Below are positions 59,248 to 64,000 of a DNA stretch of 64,000 nt, piece by piece. The DNA is from Vitrella brassicaformis CCMP3155 (Eukaryota > Protista > Chromerida). The translations under genes and the position numbers were made by a program. Every line of letters begins with the position of its first letter. Position 1 is the stretch's first letter. Location: positions 372,001 to 436,000 of the forward strand of contig CDMY01000295.1 of the NCBI GenBank assembly GCA_001179505.1, given 5' to 3'. Under the pieces are notes generated by a model, which was given only the letters and a program-made list of their open reading frames with translations, was not told the DNA's origin and searched no databases.

Positions 59248-61330
59248 CGCTGGAAGGCCCAATGGGTCCATCGGCTGCGATGCCATGAGAGATCTGTGGG
59301 TGTTGTCATCATTTCATCGTCATGCCGATGGGCTCGGCTGCCAAGAGCTTGACGCCGCTGGAGGTGGTCTCGAAGAGGTCCGTGCAGGTGATTGGCATCT
59401 GCAGCTTGTGCGCAGCCTTCACACTCAACTACCTCTGGGTCGAATCGGTAACCACACACACAACCACACACAGGCAGCTAGACAGACAGGCAGACAGACA
59501 GGCAGACAGGCAACACGATGGGCCGGCAGCAACTGTCTGCCGGTCCGTCTGGGACTGGTGGTTGCTGATGCGATGATTCACTGCAGGGCCGCCGGCGTGA
59601 GGAGCAGCTGCTTCGGGCTGATCTGAGTCAGGCGAGGAAGCTCAACGACGAGCTGATCCTGAAGGTGTCAGAACTCAAGGCCGAAAACAGTACTCTGAAG
59701 AAAAGGCTGCTGGACATTATGCGGGAAAGGACAAGGTGGTGGTAGCCAGCCACCGACATGCCTGGTGCACGATGGAGCACGGGACGCGCAGGACAGCGGA
59801 CACATGGCCTCTTGTTGTGTGTGTGGTGGTGTGTGCCGATCAGATCTTGTGTATTCATGAGTCGGCTGACATGCGTTTTGATGAGATGCGATGGCTCAGC
59901 CACACTTGCTTGCTGCGTGCGGCTGCCCTTTGGCCTGGTGACTGATTGTGCCGACTGCCTGTACATATGTGCGTGTGGCGCTTCAATGCCGACTCTCTTG
60001 CCCTCGTGCTGCTGCTGCTGCTTCTGGACGTAGTGCGGCTGGCCATGTGCGATACTCTCGATTGAACCAATGCAAACCGCCTTGAGTCGACATTCCATCC
60101 ATCCATCAGTCTCTCGTGCAAACAGTCATGAGCTAACTGTACATCCAGGCTAAATGTATGGAGCACAATCTGGGCTGTCCCGCCTGTGGTCCTCATCGAC
60201 TGCACGAGCGCCATTCAGCCAAGTGGGTCAATCGTCACGCACACCTCACCACACGCACCCAGCCACACAACCCTTGTCCACTGAGTGCCTTCATGACCTT
60301 CGTTGACAAGACCTGAAGCACACACAGACATCACAAGACAGATCAGTCATGCCATCATCCATGAGCCATCCATCTGCTATGCATGAGTTGATCGACACGA
60401 CACGACACAGAGTGGCTGATGGTCAGAAGTGGGAGAAAAAATCTGTCCTTTCACGCTCTCTCTCTCTCAAGAGTCAATGGTGTGAAATCGCTTGAATATG
60501 GCTATCGTCATTCCACCGCAGGAGCCACATCCCTGTCTGCGTGGTGTGCGTGGGTGCAGGTCGCTTACATTTGGACGAGGGAAGAGTGATGCATTCACGA
60601 ATTGCCCAAACAGCCACCCTATCATCAGATGAGCAGCGGCCGCTCATCCTCCTGTCTGCTCCTCAGACGTGCCATCGGCTGACTTGACGAGTGTCGTGCA
60701 TTGCATCACTCCTGCTGGCTACAACGGCCTCCGAATCTTGGACACACACAGAGAGGGAGACGACGACCCACATCTATGCATGCGGTCGGCGGCCGCCATC
60801 GAGTCGTTATGGGTGTGTGCCCATAGACGGATACCTACCTGCGTCGAGACGCTCAAGCAAGGCAGCCTTGTCATGGAGCAAACCACTTAAGCAAGGCAAC
60901 ATAGACACCCTGACACACACACACACACATCCGCAGGAGTTTGGCTTGCATCGTTGAGCTTCCTCGCCTGACTCAGATCAGCCCGAAGCAGCTGCTCCTC
61001 ACGCCGGCGGCCCTGCAGTGAATCATCGCATCAGCAACCACCAGTCCCAGACGGACCGGCAGACAGTTGCTGCCGGCCCATCGTGTTGTCTGCCTGTCTG
61101 CCTGTCTGCCTGCCTGTCTGGTTGTGTGTTTGGTTACCGATTCGACCCAGAGGTAGTTGAGTGTGAAGGCTGCGCACAAGCTGCAGATGCCAATCACCTG
61201 AACGGTCCTCTTCGAGACCACCTCCACGGCGTCAAGCTCTTGGCAGCCGAGCCCATCAGCGATGAATGACAAAACCCACAGATCTCTCATGGCATTGCAG
61301 CCGATGGACCACCCATTGGGCCTTCCAGCG
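59248..61330. repeat. Inverted repeat: arms 59248-59648 and 60951-61330, ~1.3 kb spacer
   Basis: The reverse complement of 60951-61330 matches 59248-59648 almost base for base, intron included. The second arm has a 1-bp deletion (gacgccgtggag vs gacgccgctggag) and is truncated in exon 2. Confidence 0.93.
59322..59745 (+). CDS. Small TM plus coiled-coil protein (2 exons)
   Basis: MPMGSAAKSLTPLEVVSKRSVQVIGICSLCAAFTLNYLWVES|GRRREEQLLRADLSQARKLNDELILKVSELKAENSTLKKRLLDIMRERTRWW*, with a phase-0 GT-AG intron. Confidence 0.65.
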
Positions 61331-61850
61331 TGTATGTGTATCCGCCCTCTGTGCTTTTTTTACACACACACACAAGGAGAGCACAAGCGCGCAAATCGGT
61401 AGGGCGTTGCCTGAAACCGCTCCAGCTGGTGGCGACCTCCCGAGGAGCCCCGACAACATATATGACGCGTTCACAGCTATTCGACTTCGGGAAGCCCCGG
61501 AAGGAAGTAAACAAACGAAAAAGTCGAGCATGAAGCTCCGTTTGTTTGCCACGTTGTCGGCCGTACAGGTGTCCTGGGTGAAGCAAACCGGGGTGAAGAA
61601 GCAATAGGAGAACCAGCATGCTCTCGACGTGCCTGCTGACGGGTATGAGGCGGGAATGAATGAGCTGGAAAGGCAAAGAACTGTCACCGGGCGGTGTGTT
61701 CTCTACTGACTCCAGATTTCGTTGATGGCTTCGCTGAGACAGAGGCCGCCGACTGAGTGACAAGCTGCGCCAGCAATATGGAAGGGAGACGGATTTGCAA
61801 ATGGCCGTGTGTGTGTAATTTGTGGATGCAGTGGTGTGAGTCAAGGTGAT

Positions 61851-63581
61851 ATGGCCCACTCGTCCTCTGCCGCATCGCAAGCACCTCCTGCTGCTGTGCC
61901 GCCCGGCTGCTTGGGGGCGGATGACGTCGACATCATCTTTGATGAGGGCGTCAGTCCTCTGAGTCGGCAGCTGCTGGAGGGCATCATTCGGCGCACCTTC
62001 ACTGAGAAAGCCCAAGTCACACGGCTGATCCGTGAAGGTGCTGACCCGAGAGCCAGCGGCGTCGCTCGTGTCCGCGGCACCATGGGAGGAGCCCCGTTCC
62101 CGTTCTCGCGATACAGCTGCCTGTCTTTCGCCATCGACAGCCCATCAAACTACCCATTCCTCTACGCCGGGTTCGGCATCCGGCACTGCCCCCCTTATAA
62201 GTGGATGCCCGTTCTCTTCCCGCAGTGGCCCTCCCGTCAGCTGCAGCGCGATATCATGGACGCACTCATCGATGGCGGGGCCGACATCAATGCGGGGGGG
62301 GATGACAGGCCCATCATGGTGGCGATTCGTGCGGGCAATATGACGGCAGTGGAGGCCCTCCTGGCGCGTCAGGCCAACGTGCGGGGAATTTGGGGCCCGG
62401 TGATGCAGCTTCCCTACTTCGGTGGTGCTGCCCCTTCCGCCACTCGTGAATACGAGGACGCCCTCATGTCAATCTATGGCCGGCTCCTCCAACACGACAG
62501 CACACTCGCAGCGGAGCGGTCCGGTGGAGACAGTCTGGTGGGTGAGGCAGCCGTGGCCCCCTCCATCTTCTCCCAGCAATTCATCGACCAGTACCTCACC
62601 CTCATTACCAGCCACGGAGTCGATATGACGGCAAGAGACCCAGTGGGCTACACGCCACTGCACTTGGAAGCATTCCGTGGCTCCCCCTTCTTGGCTGAGT
62701 GGCTGTGCCGCCGGATCACAGCCGATGACGTCAACCGAGGAAGGCCCCCCCAGCCTCATCGGACACCCCTCGCCGCCGCTGCCATTGCTCTCGATCATCT
62801 CATCGAAGAGCAGCAGCAACAGGGAGAGTATCGCTCGAGACGGATCGGCGAGCACAAGACCATCACCCGGACGCTGTTGAGGGGTGGGGCAGCCCAGTCC
62901 ATCGCCCGCATGCCAACAGCCAGAGAGGTCGACCGCCGTCGCCGTCAGCTGGTGCTCACCGAGTACGCCACAGTGCTGAGTGAGCTGTCCGAGGCCGTCA
63001 TGTCGGCCATCAACGCCGCCCTCGCCCCCCAGCGCGACCACTCGATGCTTCTGGCCCGTCTGCTGCCCCTGGCCCCCCACCACGACGGCGCCCACCCCCA
63101 CCCCTCCCCATCCAACATGGCATTCGGACCACACGAGGCAGAGGCCATCGCATGGAAGATCGGCGCATTCCTGCACGACCCTTCCGCTGCTGTGGCCGCC
63201 ATCGACGAGTACCTCATCGGCGACGCCCAGCTGAGGCGCCGCGTTCGTGCGGCCGTCGGCCACTTCGTCAAGACTGCAGCGACCCGGACGAGCAGCAACA
63301 GGGAGGTGGTGGGAGGCATGGCCAGTGTGGGCGGCGTGATGGTGCGTGTGCCGTTGCAGTGCTTTGCCGTCCGTGGCAGTGGCGGCCGTGTGGTGGGCAT
63401 GACGGGGGTGCGTGAGGTTATCCATCGGGCCCGGCTGGACGAGGCGGTCAGCTGCGGTGTAGTGGGGGTGGTCAAGGGCTTCAACGAGCATCTGGGCGAT
63501 CATGACTGCCAATTCGCGTGCCGGCAGCTGGGGCGCATCGACAGGAAGACCGGCCTGTTTGTGGCGCTGGGCATCGACTGA
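61851..63581 (+). CDS. Intronless ankyrin-repeat family protein, full-length paralog of 1..1317
   Basis: Single ~577-codon ORF with ANK-like motifs DINAGGDDRPIMVAIRAGNMTAVEALL and YTPLHLEAFRGSPFLAEWLC, and the shared conserved C-terminus. Confidence 0.85.
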   Translation: MAHSSSAASQAPPAAVPPGCLGADDVDIIFDEGVSPLSRQLLEGIIRRTFTEKAQVTRLIREGADPRASGVARVRGTMGGAPFPFSRYSCLSFAIDSPSNYPFLYAGFGIRHCPPYKWMPVLFPQWPSRQLQRDIMDALIDGGADINAGGDDRPIMVAIRAGNMTAVEALLARQANVRGIWGPVMQLPYFGGAAPSATREYEDALMSIYGRLLQHDSTLAAERSGGDSLVGEAAVAPSIFSQQFIDQYLTLITSHGVDMTARDPVGYTPLHLEAFRGSPFLAEWLCRRITADDVNRGRPPQPHRTPLAAAAIALDHLIEEQQQQGEYRSRRIGEHKTITRTLLRGGAAQSIARMPTAREVDRRRRQLVLTEYATVLSELSEAVMSAINAALAPQRDHSMLLARLLPLAPHHDGAHPHPSPSNMAFGPHEAEAIAWKIGAFLHDPSAAVAAIDEYLIGDAQLRRRVRAAVGHFVKTAATRTSSNREVVGGMASVGGVMVRVPLQCFAVRGSGGRVVGMTGVREVIHRARLDEAVSCGVVGVVKGFNEHLGDHDCQFACRQLGRIDRKTGLFVALGID

Positions 63582-64000
63582 CTGAGAGGGGAGGGAGAGG
63601 GCCGCAGAGTGGGGGTGAAGTGGCTGCATGTTTGGGTGCTTTGTGTTGCAGTTCAAGGGCGGTGGGTGTCGCCGCGCTTCGCATGTGCATTCAGACAACC
63701 GTGACTTGATTCATTCAAAGACCTGTGTTTCGTTTGTGTGGCCTGCGAGACATTGAGTGTGTGTCTCGTGCCAGCCAAGCGGCGAGCACTCTGGCAGTGC
63801 GGCGTTGGTTGCTTGAGGCCACGTTGAGCCCTGCTAATGATCGACCCACCTTCGTTTGATCCACACTGACGGGCAGTGAATTACGACCTTCACTGGACAG
63901 CTGGATTGACTGACTCCATTCTATACGCTTGTCATCCCTTAGGTGTGGCAGATGGCCATACTTACTGTGTCTCCCACTTGCACAGACAAACAGAAGGTGA
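63582..64000 (+). repeat. 3' flank homologous to 1318..~1745
   Basis: Colinear match continues essentially to the window end. Confidence 0.9.

Larger units (their letters stand above)
2520..61130. repeat. Pervasive intronic microsatellites (TG)n, (TCTG)n, (TC)n, (GATG)n with sense-strand bias
   Basis: TG/TCTG tracts precede 3' acceptors of + genes (5319-5344, 7620-7651, 49855-49876). CA/CAGA tracts are seen in - genes (16840-16865, 46760-46790). Confidence 0.9.

Noticed and set aside
1-64000. Giant LTR or composite element bounded by the two ANK direct repeats
   Set aside because: No gag/pol/integrase/transposase is visible, the interior is ordinary intron-rich housekeeping genes, and the repeats are divergent paralogs of what appears to be a multicopy family.
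1-64000. tRNA, rRNA, snRNA or spliced-leader genes
   Set aside because: No recognisable cloverleaf or conserved RNA motifs by eye. A tRNAscan/Infernal run would be needed to exclude them.

Overview
Eukaryotic, GC-rich, intron-dense nuclear DNA. The style (short introns filled with (TG)n/(TCTG)n, bipartite plastid-targeting leaders, alveolate-type genes) points to a chromerid, most likely Vitrella brassicaformis; this assignment is inference. The six-frame ORF track is mostly exon fragments and antisense shadows, so genes were assembled by hand from GT-AG junctions and coordinates are approximate. There are two kinds of DNA. (1) A conserved core, mostly in head-to-head pairs: CCCH Zn-finger, PPR protein, secreted Cys protein, TKL kinase, acid-sphingomyelinase-like metallophosphoesterase, vanin/biotinidase-like protein with two catalytic residues substituted, a small 3-exon membrane protein, M1 aminopeptidase N, a parvulin-MiaB fusion, a Cys-rich protein, a calmodulin-like protein and a FAN-like BEACH-WD40 protein. 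(2) Rapidly rearranging accessory DNA at about 1-15 kb, 31-34 kb and 59-64 kb. It holds intronless ankyrin-family paralogs at both window ends that share their 3' flanks, F-box-like genes and pseudogenes, and a tandem atypical-kinase gene built from a ~2.3 kb repeat. It also holds a perfect 26-bp palindrome at a rearrangement breakpoint, a chimeric pseudogene with swapped intron halves, and an inverted partial gene duplication. The best candidates for new biology are the tandem kinase plus F-box/ANK accessory cluster with its rearrangement footprints, the parvulin-MiaB fusion, and the possibly overlapping antiparallel plastid leaders of pepN and miaB. No rRNA, tRNA, CRISPR array or transposase was recognised.
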